A stretch of 64,000 bases of DNA from Balanoglossus misakiensis (taxonomy: Eukaryota; Animalia; Hemichordata): contig CM082582.2 in the NCBI GenBank assembly GCA_040954595.2, positions 5,316,303 through 5,380,302 of the forward strand, in the 5' to 3' direction. The position numbers and the translations under genes were made by a program. The notes under the pieces are model-generated. The model did no database searches. It saw only the letters and a program-made list of their open reading frames with translations, and had not been told where the DNA came from. Positions 13,601-26,645 of the stretch are shown piece after piece. Every line of letters starts with the position of its first letter. The first letter of the stretch is position 1.

Positions 13601-16600
13601 TTTATCATTACGTGATGACGAAATGCCACGATGTGGTGAGATTATTTCTTGAGAGGAGTCGTTTTAGACCGGCTCTCCTCAGCAAGTCGTCCATTTTGAC
13701 TTTTATCAATAGAAAAAGAGCGCCCTCTGTAACAGCGCCCTCGTCACATCATAAAGAAGTAACATCGCGTCAAGAAATAACCTCACCACATCGTGGCATT
13801 TCCTCATCACGTCAAGAAATAACCTCACCACATCGTGGCATTTCCTCATCACATCAAGAAATAACCTCACCACATCGTGGCATTTCCTCATCACGTCAAG
13901 AAATAACCTCACCACATCGTGGCATTTCCTCATCACGTCAAGAAATAACCTCACCACATCGTGGCATTTCCTCATCACGTCAAGAAATAACCTCACCACA
14001 TCGTGGCATTTCCTCATTACGTCAAGAAATAACCTGAAGTTATCTGATGAATATCAGCGGTTGAAGGATCGACAAAACCGAAAAAAAGTAAGTCAAGAAA
14101 TGGACAAATTGAAAACTAAGTTTACCGAAGCACAGAACCAAGCGCAGGACTATATACGAGCTAGAAAGGTGGACTCGTCAAGTACAGGATCAAGAAGTTC
14201 CAGCAAGGAGCATTTTCGACAGCAAAAGGAAAAGGAAGCCCGTCAGCAAGTAGAAAAGATCCAAGAAGAGGTCAGACGAAAAGAATCGGAACTCGAGTAT
14301 ATGAAGCAACAAGTGGAAAAAGAGAGTGCACGTCGCAAAAAGGAATTGGATGAACAAATGCGTTATGATTCTGAGCGTCTTCGAGCAGCTGAACAGGACC
14401 TGAAGGAAAGATATCGTGAACTAGAATATGAAATAGACACTGACATTGGACTAAAATGTAAGCCATCATCGGACATTGAAGCTTGTATCAGCGCGGGTAT
14501 GGGTGAGGTGACTCTTCATGGCAATACTCCACCACAGCAGGATCCGAAGGAAAAGCCTTTCCAAAGTAAAGGTATCGTACATTCTTCCAATACCACTTCA
14601 CATCAGGCATCAAATTCGGTTGCAATTGGTCAGGACTTGTGGAAACAACTTCAACGTGTATCAATTCCAATATTTTCGGGTGATAAGAGACTTTACGAAA
14701 GTTGGAAAGCAGCATTCTATGCATGCATCGACCAAGCCCCTGCAACGAAGACCAGGTTAATCTGTTGAAACACTGCGTGAATGGATAATTCAAGAAGCCG
14801 AATTCCAGACCATAGCAAGTGAAACAGTACAAGGACTTGCAAATGTTACCAGGAACGCGGAATATAGAAGAGGCAGGTCGAACACGCGGACATTCTTTGG
14901 AAGTGCTCAAGTGACTGAAAATGCCAAAAGCATGTCATTATACCAGTCGAAGGTCGTGTAAAGTGTGTGGAAAGCAATTTAAGAAGATGGCCATATCTCA
15001 AAGGTGGGAACTTACGAAACAACTTAGACTTTGTTATCGTTGCCTTGGAGATGACCACCAGGGGCGCCATGGATGTCGGGACACGCACAACAGACTACTG
15101 CACAGAAACTGGAATCAAAGTGGTCCACAAACACCAAGCCAAGGTAATAAAAACCAATATGTATCTTCTCAGAACAAAACAGCTGAACCCAATGCAACTT
15201 CGGACAATACAATCACTGATTCCAGAAGTGTGCCTCTACGTGTCACTGAGGGGGAGAATTGTGGTAATAGGGAGCGATTGCAGACAACGATGGTCTCCGA
15301 GTCGTCGGATGTACAACCTATAACATTGAGAACTGTAACTGTAATTCTGAAAACATGGCGGTCGTAAAATAAGAGCTAATGCTTTGCTTGATGGTGCCAG
15401 CACCGGAACTTATATAAACACTGATATTGCAGAAGACTTAGGACTACAGGCACATACCCAACTGATATATGTCAATGTGCTCAACGGACATGTGAAAACT
15501 TTTCAAACTACTCCATTAGAAGTTGGACTTGAGAGCATCAATGGAGACGTGGACACGAAGATCTGCACATTTACAACGGACAGAGTAACGGGTAACATGC
15601 GTGTGATAGACTGGAGATCTCGAAATGAAAAATGGTCTCATCTGAAAGGAATAGACTTTCCAAAGCTCGGCGCCAGGCCAATCGTTGATATTCTTATTGG
15701 TCTGGATTACGCTGACCTGCATTACTCCTTCAGGGACGTCAGAGGGAAACCAGGTGAGCCCATTGCACGACTTACACCATTGGGTTGGACTTGTATTGGC
15801 AATCCAGACGGTAACCAGGGACGTCCTCTACAAACGCACTTTTTAAGAACTTACTTTGTTCAAGACCAAACCAAGTTAGAAGACCTAAATTCTACTCTGA
15901 GGAAATTCTGGGAGATCGATAATCTACCTTGTCCAGCAAAAAAATTGAATGTGTCTCAGTCTAAGATCGAACTACACTAGAACTTGCCAACAGATCACTA
16001 AAGCTACAAAATGGCCGATACCAGGTGGGAATCCCATGGAGAGAAGATGCCCCAGAAGTGCCTGTTAACTATGATATGGCATTACGACGATTAGAGAACA
16101 CTGAGAAACGGTTAGTGAAGGATCCGCAAGTTGCCACAACATATTCATTGACAACTATACTTTGACTCGATACATTGAGAAGGGCTACATCCGAAAGGTT
16201 CCCCAAAGTGAGAGAAAACCAGAGAACAAATGGAGGTACGTGTCCGCAAAAGAAAACCCAGCTGACTTGGTTACTAGAGGGATAACGGCAATAGATGTAG
16301 CTCATGAAGATCTCTGGTGGAAAGGTCCAGAATTCCTTGCGAAATCTCCATCAGATTGGCCACAAAACCCTGTGACAAAAACAGCCGAGTCGGAAGACGC
16401 TGAGATGAAGAAAACTTATCAGCCAACAACCTTTGTTGTGAATAAACCCCAAATTAACAACCACTGTGGCCAATCAAAAGCCAAACCTGAGCAACACGCA
16501 AAAGATGAGCCAGCGGTTGTGGGTAAACTTGACACTGTACTACTGAGGCCCGACCAGTTTTCAAGTTGGACAAAACTGACGAGAACTCGAGCATGGATCT

Positions 16601-19600
16601 ATCAGTTTCTGAATAACTGTAGACATCCCAAAGAAGAACGAAGAAAAGGAGAATTACTTCCAGACGAAATAGAAGAAGCAGAAATAGTGATCATCAGGCG
16701 TATGCTGGCCGAATCATTTCCTGAAGAGTATTCATCACTCGTCCATAACAAGGAATTGCCAAAAAAGAGCAAGATACTCAGCCTTCGACCACGAATTGAT
16801 GAAGATGGTTTGATGAGATGTGACGACCGGTTAAGGTATGCGGACTACTTACCATATGATGTTCGTTATCCCGTCATTCTCCCTAGAAGAAACTGGGTCA
16901 CCAAACTGATAGTATAAAGCACTACCACGAACTTGGAGAACATACTGCTGGGACAAACCACACTCTATCAGCCTTATCGGCAAGATTTTGGGTCATCGCT
17001 GGACGTGAAGAAATCCGTCAGTGGGAGCATGAATGTGCGGAATGTCGACGACGCAAAGCCAAGGCAGCAAGTCAAGTTATGGCGCCACTACCTAGAATTC
17101 GATTGAAGATGCCTCTACGTGCATTTGCTAATGTAGCAGTGGATTATGCTGGTCCATTCATTACGATCCAGGGGCGTGGTAAACAAAGAACTAAACGTTA
17201 CTTGTGCTTATTTACCTGCTTGGCCACTAGAGCTGTTCATCTGGAAGTCGCGTATGGACTCGATACTGATTCATTTCTGAATGCCTTCTACAGGATGGTC
17301 AACCGTAGAGGACTTCCAAAGTGTGTGCTCTCTGATAATGGCACTAATTTCGTGGCTGCTGACAAGGAATTGAGAGAATTGGTCCAGCAAGTGGCTAAAG
17401 ACCAAGTCAGCAGATCAACAGCAAACCAAGGTATAAAGTGGAGCTTCAATCCTCCCTTAGCACCTCACTTTGGTGGCGTCCATGAGACCATGATCAAGGC
17501 AGCGAAGAGAGCAATCTATGCCATACTGAAGAATGCTGACATAACAGACGAGGAACTTTTAACGGCCGTGACAGGGGCGGAAGCACTCATTAATTCGAGA
17601 CCGATCACCTATCAATCTGCCAATCCAGATGACATTACACCTCTGACGCCAAACCACTTCCTACATGGTCAAGTTGGGGGACAGTTCGCTCCCGAATCCG
17701 TCGATACTACCGACTACACTCCCAGGAAAAGATGGCGAAGACTCCAAGAGCTGATGAAACACTTTTGGAAGAGGTGGATGGAGGAATGGTTACCTTCTCT
17801 AAATGTGCGTAAGAAGTGGTTCACCACCAAAAGGGACCTCCAAGTTGGTAACATTGTCCTTGTTATTTCACCGGGCACTCAACGTGGACACTGGCCCCTT
17901 GGACTTATAACGGACGTTCACCCTGGTCGCGATGGGCATGTACGCGTGGTAACCGTGAAGACCGGAGAAACGACGTTTCGGCGACCAATATCGAAAGTGT
18001 GCCCTCTGGAATTTTGACTTAAAGGTATACGGTCACCCATGGAAAATTAGCTATAGTTACCATAGCAAAATGATATCTAGCCAATCACAGATTTTCAGTG
18101 GGTGGCACACGCGAAAAAAAGAGCGCCACCGTATGTTCTTTAGAACGCTCAAATACTCCATTTCAGCCATATAAGGGTGTATGTACATTGGAGGTGACTG
18201 TATACCTTTAATACAGTTTTACAGACTTTCATGATAAGGACACTGAATTCTTTTTGCACAGGACTGATAGTGCTGAGTTTGTTTTTGAATTACTTTGGAC
18301 CAATGAAAAATACTTGGTTACTTTATGAAAACGTATTAACTGAACATTTTAAAACGTATGAAATTAAATTGACAGTTTTTGATTTAATTCAGTAAAAGTA
18401 AAAAAAATAATCAGTCTAAAAAAGTATAAAATAGTAAAATTCTCGAATCTTTTAAGGAATCAATATTTTCAACATTGATTGAGGGGGAGAATGGAGAAAA
18501 GAACTACTCCCGTCACTCTTAATTTGCATTTCAATACTTTATTTGAATATGAGAAAGGCCTGACAGTTTTGTCTCACTGTAGTTAAAGTTTTGGACTTAG
18601 AATTGTAAATAAGTTTGTGACTGAATGGGTCTATGGGTTCGTATTAGTTCGTTTTGGTTCGTATCCATGGTCTTATAAACCGTCGATTCGAGAGAAGACT
18701 GTGTTCTTTGTACTTCTTAGCAATATACACATTGGGTTAACATTTATTACATATAGGGTTAACATTTATTACATATAGGGTTAACGTTTATTACATATAG
18801 GGTTATCAAATAAAAAAGTTTTCATGTAGAATTAACGCTTTTTCATGTAGAATTAAAGTTTATTACATATAGGGTTAACGTTTATTACATGTAGGGTTAA
18901 TTAATAACGATTTTTTTCATGTAGAAGTAACGTTCTTTCATGTAGAATTAAAGTTTATTACATAGAGGGTTAACGTTTATTAGACAATGGGTTGCGAAGA
19001 GGTGTTAATCATTACACGAGCTCGGGTCTGGCCAGCAAAGTCGTCTCAAATCTGTGCCTGTGTGACCTCCATACTAGAGCTGGTCTCATCAACCCTTTTG
19101 ACAAGGTCGTTTTTAGCTCAGGTGTTCACACACACAAAGTTTAAACCCCGGTGCGGAAAGACCGGGGATTCGGATTAACGTGTGTTTGTATAGTTGTTTA
19201 TTTGGGAGTGGTCGTCGTGCAACTGTGTAATTGATCTCATGTACATAGAAAATATGGTAATTGAACACTTTACACCTCCACGCGATTGACAGCTGTTTGA
19301 ATGGCGTGGTTATTGTTTTCCAGGGACGCTTCTGAAAAGCACTGAAACCAGATTTCTCCCAAAATCATCGTTGTTTCAAAAGCTAGTGTACTTTTTCGTC
19401 GACAACTTTATGTTGTGTGTGTTTATAAAGCCAACTACTGTCGTTGTGTGGTGTAATTCTTTATGCTTGGACCAGTTTAGGCCGATTTTCATAGAGCCAA
19501 GATCGTTGGTGTTGTCTGTTGTCAGTCAAACGGCATTAAGATTCGCCACTGATTTGGGGGTCATTTAGGGACCATTCAGTTTTTACGGCTGGGGGGGGGG

Positions 19601-22600
19601 GGGTTGGCAAGTTTGTGTCATCGGTTTTCAAAATCAGGCCGACCCCCCCCCCTTCACCCAGGACCAAAAAATGATGACCCCCCTTTGACAGGCCAAAAAA
19701 TGTGATGACCCCCCCCCCCACGACGACGTGTCCCCCTCCCACATGAGAAAATTTTGTAAAATACGGTGCTCAAAGTTGCATTTTAATGAACTCAAAAGCA
19801 TATTAACTCAATGTTGGGGAGGACCAATTTTACTTTTGCCCCTCCCTTCAAAGTTAGCATCTGTGGGGGATGGAGTGGGCAAGTGCCATGCCCTGGTACA
19901 CTAGATGTGGCGAAGAATGAATGGGGTGGGTGTGACAAGTTTGTGTTATTGGTTTTCAAAATCATAAGAAAATTTTGTAAAATACAGTGCTAAAAGTTGC
20001 ATTTTAATGAACTCTAAAGCAAAATAACTCAATGTTGGGGAGGACCAATTTAACTTTTGCCACTCCACTCAAAGTAATCATCGGTGGGGTGGGGTAGTCT
20101 GCCCTGGTACACTAGACAAATCAGCCAATAAATGAAATGTGGCGAAGAATGAAGGGGGTGGGTTTGGGAGGGGGTGTCCCCCTCCCACATTAGAAAAAAT
20201 TGTAAAATAAAGGGCGCGAAACTGCAATTTTGTGGACTCAAAGCAAAAGTTCGGTGGCAAAAGTTTGTGACCCCCCTAAACGTTTAAAAAAACCAGATGA
20301 CCCCCTTTTGGAAACTATCGTCTAGCCAGCTAGCTACTTGAGGACAGCGAGAGGTCAATCGCTCTGACAGCTTCAACGCTCTATTCAGGACTGTGTTATT
20401 TATTGACTGTGCCTTCAAACGCGTGTAATTGGACTCGCCGATAGCAACGTTAACAGAGCCGTAACACGCGGCCGACTTGGCTAGCTCGTGACGGGTACAG
20501 TTTCCCAACATGACTTGAGAGGGGTTCCTCTGCCTGAAATATACGTAGATCAAACTTGGGCCCGCCGGTTATCGAGTTTACTGACCGACAGAAGGACGCA
20601 TGTCATAGAGCAAAAAAAAAAGCATTCCAAAAATGAACGACGGTTCACGGGGCTGTTAGGGACCGTTCAGTTTTTACGGCCGGGGGGGGGGCGGCAAAAT
20701 CCAGGGGGGGGGGGGCGTCACTTAAATTTTGAAGTCCAAAAGGGGGGGGGTCATCTGTTTTTTTTAAACGTTTAGGGGGGGGGTCACATACTTTTGCCAC
20801 CGAACTTTTGCTTTTGAGTCCACAAACTTGCAGTTTCGCGCCCTTTATTTTTCACACCCGCCCCCTCCATTTCATGTTTTGCTGGTTTGTCTAGTGTACC
20901 AGGGCAGAGTGCTTGCCACCCCAACCCCACCGATGATAATATTTAACAAAGTAAATACATAAAGGAGAATAATCGTTTAAACCATTTCGCATAACTGATA
21001 TATAGTTTCGCGCTGCATCTTCTATATACAAGAAGTTAAATATAAATGATGTCATGACGAAGATAACGCCAAATCTTCTAACTTTAAGTGGAGTGGCAAA
21101 AAGTAAAATTGATCCTCCCAAACATTGAGATAATTTGATTTTGAGTTCATTAAAATGCAAATTTGCGCTACATATTTTACAAAAAATTTTTTTTTTTTGG
21201 GGGGGGGGGTCATCATATTTTTGGGTCTGTCAAAGGGGGGATCGTCATTTTTTGCTCCTGGGTGAAGGGGGGTCGGCCTGATTTTGAAAACCGATGACAC
21301 AAACTTGCCACCCCCCCCCGGCCGTAAAAACTGAACGGTCCCTTATGTCTGTTTTCTAGTTTTTGTGCTTTCAATACTCAAAATGCTTGCTGTTGAAACA
21401 AGCGTCTCAGCCAATCACGACACTGTATCTGTGGCACTGCTGCACAGATATAAAAATGATAATACATCTTAGAAAGCGACATCAATTTTGGTGACGTAAT
21501 CTTTATACAAAAACAAATTTCTCCCAGCTACGTCAAGGCGCCAAAGTTGTCCGAGTTTCTCCCTTCAACCATAGACCCTGAAGGAAGGGGATCTTCCTCT
21601 AGGGTATACTAGCTTCAAGCACTGCATGCCTAGAGTATTTTTATGTCATCTTCCATAGCAATGATGATGAAATCACCCTTCAAGCAATCTTACCGTTTTT
21701 ATCCGAAACGCCCACAGGACAGTGAAGAGTATGACCTTTGTCGCCAAAGTAAGCAAAATAAGGCGCCAGCCCCGCATCTATCTCAAACGAGTGAATGATG
21801 TAATCGTCTGCATCCGGGTATGTTTCTCGAAAGAGATTGACAGTGGAAGCAACGTTGGCTCCACAATCCAGAAACATCTTTCTTGGTTTCCGAGTCCTAC
21901 AATGAAATTAATAATCCGAATAATAATAGGATCGATTTCAACGAAAAATTAGCAGCTGTCCTTAGTAGACAAGTAATATTCTAATTAAACTGTGACTTTT
22001 GTCTTGAAAAAAAATGTCCTTAATAGAGAGGTGTCCTGATTAGAGTGGTGTCCGTAATGACAGGTTTCACTGTGTATGTTTTGGTCGCAAAGAATGACTT
22101 TGGGTTATAATTTTCCGAATATACATTTATAAGTTGATTAAAATCGAGTTTCCTCGCAAGAAAAACAACCTGAGCATGCGCACACATCCGAATCTCACGA
22201 TATTTCTTACCCCTGGCAGTCATACTCATAATATGTCATAGCAAAGACAGTATTTAAAGAAAGAGAAGTTATTACAGGTCGATGCTTTATGTAATGATCC
22301 CGACTTTCGACCAGTTCCAAAATGTGTCCAATCAAATATGCGGATCCACACAGCAAAATCTTAACTGAATAGTGAATGTTAGCTGAGGCAATGCAATGCA
22401 CACACATACATGTACACAGTCCTCGATGTGTTGAACTTTGGTGGCCAGACGACATGGGGTTAATTAAATGTAAATTTGACAAGAAGGCGTCTAAACCATT
22501 TAAAAAAAAAATAATAAATTCATTAATTTTGAAATTTGACCTTTCAGAGGTTCCGAGTCGTAAATCCGGAAGGTGAAATAACGATGTCAAAAATACAAGA

Positions 22601-22997
22601 TTTATGAAAATTGAGCGAATCACGTGACGAAATTGCGCGCATCCCGCAATAACCGCGACGTCATTCTTCTACACTACGGCGGCCAGAGAAATAAAAATAT
22701 TGCAAAAAAAAAAAAACAAAAAAAAAACGTTCCCTATCTACCTACCCATTTAAAAAAAATATGCAATCGGAACAGCACGTACTATTTTTTTGGGCCCAAT
22801 GTCGAGATGAGCTTTGTTTTAGTTACTTACCCGTCATGCGCCGGCCTAGTAAGTGTGTTCTGGCAATCGGTAATGTCAACGGCAGCCTTATGTCGGTCTC
22901 TTGGGTTGTGCAGTACTTCTAAGTTAACCAGCATACAGCCCAGGGCAAAGCTTCCCAACATGGCGAAAATGGTGCACATCCGCCGACCTTTTGCCAT
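10668..22997 (-). CDS. FkbM-family methyltransferase + NodB-like fusion protein, copy A (~502 aa)
   Basis: Exons 22997-22831, 21896-21694, 13180-12883, 12265-12109, 11986-11533, 10897-10668; all GT-AG, phases match, no stops seen. Motifs FLDCGAN, HSFEID, KLDVEGAE, GEYH; C-terminal NodB-like fold. Intron 2 expanded to ~8.5 kb by TEs. Confidence 0.88.
13609..14036. repeat. 42-bp minisatellite (~6.4 units, 13767-14036) with one inverted unit at ~13611-13652
   Basis: Unit CGTCAAGAAATAACCTCACCACATCGTGGCATTTCCTCATCA. Confidence 0.95.
17079..18017 (+). pseudogene. BEL/Pao integrase core and C-terminal domain (open segment of a dead element)
   Basis: DDE residues in VDYAGP, SDNGTNF, GGVHETM; typical BEL tail HWPLGLITDVHPGRDGHVRVVTV. 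Confidence 0.92.
18023..18207. mobile_element. 185-bp TTAA-flanked MITE (Kolobok-like) nested in the BEL 3' region
   Basis: ttaa|AGGTATACGGTCACC...GGTGACTGTATACCT|ttaa; 15-bp TIR with 1 mismatch. Confidence 0.85.
18492..18731 (+). repeat. Probable 3' LTR of the BEL element
   Basis: Starts TG immediately after the purine tract; right end (CA) estimated, no second LTR in the window to confirm. Confidence 0.5.
18733..18982. repeat. ~22-bp AT-rich minisatellite (GGGTTAACRTTTATTACATATA / TTTTCATGTAGAATTAA variants)
   Basis: Direct reading. Confidence 0.9.
19568..20312 (-). mobile_element. PIF/Harbinger (Tourist-like) MITE, truncated, inverted relative to 20659..21342
   Basis: tta|GGGACCATTCAGTTTTTACGGC; body is the reverse complement of the next copy; last ~75 bp missing. 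Confidence 0.8.
20659..21342 (+). mobile_element. PIF/Harbinger (Tourist-like) MITE, complete, TTA TSD
   Basis: tta|GGGACCGTTCAGTTTTTACGGCCGGGG...CCCCGGCCGTAAAAACTGAACGGTCCC|tta; empty site GGGGCTGTTATGTCTG at ~27535 and ~40991. Confidence 0.92.
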
Positions 22998-23954
22998 TGC
23001 TGGTGACCTGCTGATTTCCTATCGGGGAAAAATGCACATACGCATAACATTATAGATATAATGGACAAAATGAGGTGGCTCAGGTGTTCACACACACAAA
23101 GTATATGTATAGGCGCTGAGGCTCGGCCCCATCATAGACAAAGGGTTGCGGAGAAGTGTTAATCCTTACACTGGCTCAGGTCTGGCCGGCAAAGCCGTCT
23201 CAAATCTGAGACGTTTCAGGACCACTTGTAACAATTTACGCCAGTATTTCATCTGAGACGCTTCAGAACCGTCTTAATGGTGTGTGTGTGACCCAATATT
23301 TTTTGAGGATAACTAAACGTTTTAAATAAAATGGGCAACATGACAAAACACAGGCTGATTAAAAAAAAAAACAATTTACATAGTGGTCAGGAATATCATT
23401 GAAATCGTTCAATTCCCGACAACTGATCGTTACGCAGAGATCTTAGTTTGTCTACTGAGTGAAAATATAGATAAAGAAAAAAATTGGTTGCTTTCCAGTG
23501 TGTATTCGTCAAGTTATGAACGATCGAACTTGTTTACATGTTGTCCATGAGAGTAACATTGTGCAGAACAGCGCGGCAGTATGGTGCGTCGTAAAGCAAG
23601 GCATCCCGACAGGTAGAAAACGGTGACAACTCAGAAAAAATGTGCACATGTTTGACTTACTTAAAAAAATCATACTAGAAGTTCAAAGACATGAAATAAA
23701 AGAAAATGTATATCGATGAGTTAAAGTGAAACCTACCTTTGAAGACAGGTGCTATGGTCAGATTTGAGTCAACAGAGTCTGTGTTACTGCTGCTCTGAAT
23801 ATGCAAACTGATGATGTATGCAGTATGGCCGCTGGTGTATGATGTCACGGTGGCCGGCTTGGCAAGCGAGGGGTCCGCCTACAAACGCAATGCAATCTAA
23901 ATGGACCTCTGGTATTAACGAGCAATTTGACTCAGTTTGTACAAAGCTTTCAGG

Positions 23955-24406
23955 AACGTGCTTGATCGGACCAGGATGGTGTGGGTCACGCGCAAAGCAC
24001 CATGGGAGTTCCAACGTGCTGGATCGGAGATATGCTTGGCGTGACGACAAATGTTTCTCAAAACCAACGGCTTAGGCCCTATGCAGGCTTTAATGACGTT
24101 GTTGTAACACGGCGCGAAGTTATGAGTGAATCCCCTCGTCCTATCTTGTATCTTGCCCGACCTGGATACTCTCCTTAGACTTGCTCCAAGTCAATGAGCT
24201 TCATTATATGTAGGGAACGCGTAGGCTTGGTCGACGCTACCCGAAACCACAAGCTCAGTCCCAAATTCGAAACTCACCTCACTACCAAAAACACACTCAA
24301 GGCATACACGCAAAAGTATTGAAATTATTTATTAAGACAAAAAACACCGAAAACACAAAAAGTATTGAGATTTTTAAAATCACCAAGCGACTAGTGGGCT
24401 AGTCTA
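23955..24406 (+). mobile_element. Unclassified dispersed element ending in a GACTAG-TGGG-CTAGTC hairpin
   Basis: Starts where homology to 28393 ends; 3' half shared with 1208-1432, with the same terminus in both copies. Confidence 0.55.
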
Positions 24407-24789
24407 TTGCCTTACAGGAAATGAATAAACGGTGTTTACCATTTATTCATTTTGGCGGGAGTTTTACTCTGAGACTCATATCCTACAAACGAAATGGAAG
24501 TTGTGTGTCGTTGAATATTGATTCTCTATATATCCACAAGTAGAATAACATAAACGGTGTCTTGGATCAAACATAATTAATGGGAAAGGCCAGCGAGAGA
24601 GAGACTTTGTCCTTTAAAGGGCGAACTCTTGGTAGGGCCCTATCGAGAAAAAATCAATAAAATGTGGGCGTGGCAAAAGCTCTGACGCCACTATATTGTT
24701 ACAGCAATTGACCTCTCACCTCCGAAATGGAACACGCACTCAAAATGTAAACATCTGCACGTGTGTACTTTCATTTCATACACGATACT

Positions 24790-25886
24790 TAGTCTGGTTC
24801 CCTGCCCCAATCCCACCGATGCCTGTGCTACGCTACAGGGAAAGGGTCAGGCACGGCCTATTGTAAACATGGCTCTCATTGGTCAATACACACGAACATT
24901 AAGTTGTTAAGTTGATAAGTTGTTGTAAGATACTCATTTCCCGTTCTCTCATTCACCTCCATGAATGTTTATCATTCGATTTCCAACTTTACAACAAACG
25001 AAACAAAATAAACAGCCTGGATGAATCTTGACTGGCGTACGGACATGCAGAAGGTAGAAGTTGCAACTGGAAAATGACCTGAGGGCAGCGCTGCCCCCAG
25101 GGCAGATTAATGGTAGATATGCAATGACATGTTTAAACATATGAAATGAATGTTTGCCCCGAGGGCAGCTGAGATATAGTGTTGCCCTCAGGGCAGATAC
25201 TATGCAATGACAAATATGCTAATTTTCACCCCAGAGGTCTTATATTCGAAACCAAATAGCCTCACTTGCCGTTTATAACCTCTTAATATTGCTACGATCA
25301 GAGCAGATTCATTATGCAACGAATTTCTAAAGAAGTTGTAATTTGTCTGTTATGTGTAATATATATGTCGCGTGCATGCATCGTGAGGGCCTGGCCAGCT
25401 GCGAACCATTAGATATTACTAACAAAATAACATCATTTGCAAATTTAATTGACCAACTCTGCTAATGTAGTCAGTGCGAACGTGTTGATATATTATGTAT
25501 TTTCAACATGTCTTCGGGAATTTAACTTTATACCTTCAGGCTTTCAAACAATGGTACGATCCCACACGAGGTGTAATCTGCAGCATGCAGGACTTGGCAG
25601 CCAACTTGCCGCGCCGCATGGGTTCTTACGCGCCCGCACGGGACTATTTTTTGTGACGTCATTGAATGTTGTGTACCCGTTTGCTCCACTGTGCGCTGCC
25701 CTGGGGGCAGCGCTGCCCTCAGGTCATTTTCCAGTTGCAACTTCTACCTTCTGCATTGGAGGCATCCATCTTGTTTATGATCACGTGGTCTTCCCAGGTT
25801 TCTGGGCATGAAATCAGGCCGTACCTGACCCCATTCCCTTTAGCGTAGCGCAACCAGCGGTGGGATTGGGGCAGGGAACCAGACTA
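24790..25886. mobile_element. Non-autonomous DNA transposon with TAG...CTA termini and a second internal inverted pair
   Basis: TAGTCTGGTTCCCTGCCCCAATCCCACCG...CGGTGGGATTGGGGCAGGGAACCAGACTA; internal ~60-bp inverted repeat 25045-25105 / 25696-25756. Superfamily uncertain (possibly Academ-like). Confidence 0.78.
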
Positions 25887-26129
25887 ACCACAGGGGACTC
25901 TCCCTCCGCGATGTTATTGTTCGTTTGTTTGTTTGTTTGTTTGTTGTTGTTGTTGTTGTTGATTGGCATAATAAACAAATACATATTTCTTTATTAATAA
26001 ATATGGTTTGTTGACACGTAAAGGTTAGGGTATATTCAACGGTTAGGGTTAGTGTTGGGATTTTTTTCGATCCACGGCCCCGGGCATCACTAAGCCATAA
26101 AGAGAGACAAGGGTGGAAACTAGCCCAGT

Positions 26130-26307
26130 ACGGCAAAACCTGAATGTCTCGTTTTGTAAGGATAAATGCGTCATTGAAATTCAAATTGGACCAATCAAAT
26201 AGCTTGTTAGTCCTTGCAAGGGGACGTTAACAAGCTATTTGATTGGTCCAATTTGAATTTCAATGACGCATTTATCCTTCCGAAACGAGACATTTAGGTT
26301 TTGCTGT
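26130..26307. repeat. Near-perfect palindrome (~80-bp arms, ~18-bp loop)
   Basis: AAGGATAAATGCGTCATTGAAATTCAAATTGGACCAATCAAATAGCTTGTTA mirrored exactly. Confidence 0.92.
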
Positions 26308-26645
26308 AACAACTGTACGGGTGTCAACGGAGAAGTTGAGAACGATGTGAAATATCGCCGATTTATACCTTTTCATTGAATTTCAGGATAGATATAGCAA
26401 GTATAGAGTATGTTGTCATTGCAAACGTAGTATTTCAATCGTCAGACATTTATTTGTTGTGTTATTCTGGACTTGAAAATACGGTGCTGGGACCCGGAAA
26501 TGGGCCCGGAAATTTGTGGGTTGACTGTCTGACAAATACCAATAACAGTAAAAGCAAAATACTATAGCATTGAAGCAGATGTAGGTAATTACATATACCA
26601 AAAAGAACAAGAAGTAAACTTCACAAGTCGTAAATACGAGCTTAC

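Larger units (their letters stand above)
14061..18731 (+). mobile_element. BEL/Pao LTR retrotransposon, degenerate (5' LTR missing, RT deleted), antisense in intron 2 of copy A
   Basis: Gag (IPIFSGD..YESWKAAF; knuckle CYRCLGDDH), protease (LLDGAS, DILIGLD, LTPLGW), YQVGIPW, RNase H end WRYV..KENPADLVTRG, integrase HHCC + VDYAGP/SDNGTNF/GGVHE, C-terminal FWKRWMEEWLPSL. Frameshifts and stops present. PPT GAGGGGGAGAA at 18481-18491 followed by TG. Confidence 0.93.

Noticed and set aside
13528-14037. RQEITSPHRGISSS repeat protein or CRISPR-like array
   Set aside because: Contiguous 42-bp tandem units without unique spacers, no cas genes, eukaryotic context.
26022-26052. TTAGGG telomere-like motifs
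   Set aside because: Only 2-3 scattered units; not an interstitial telomere array.
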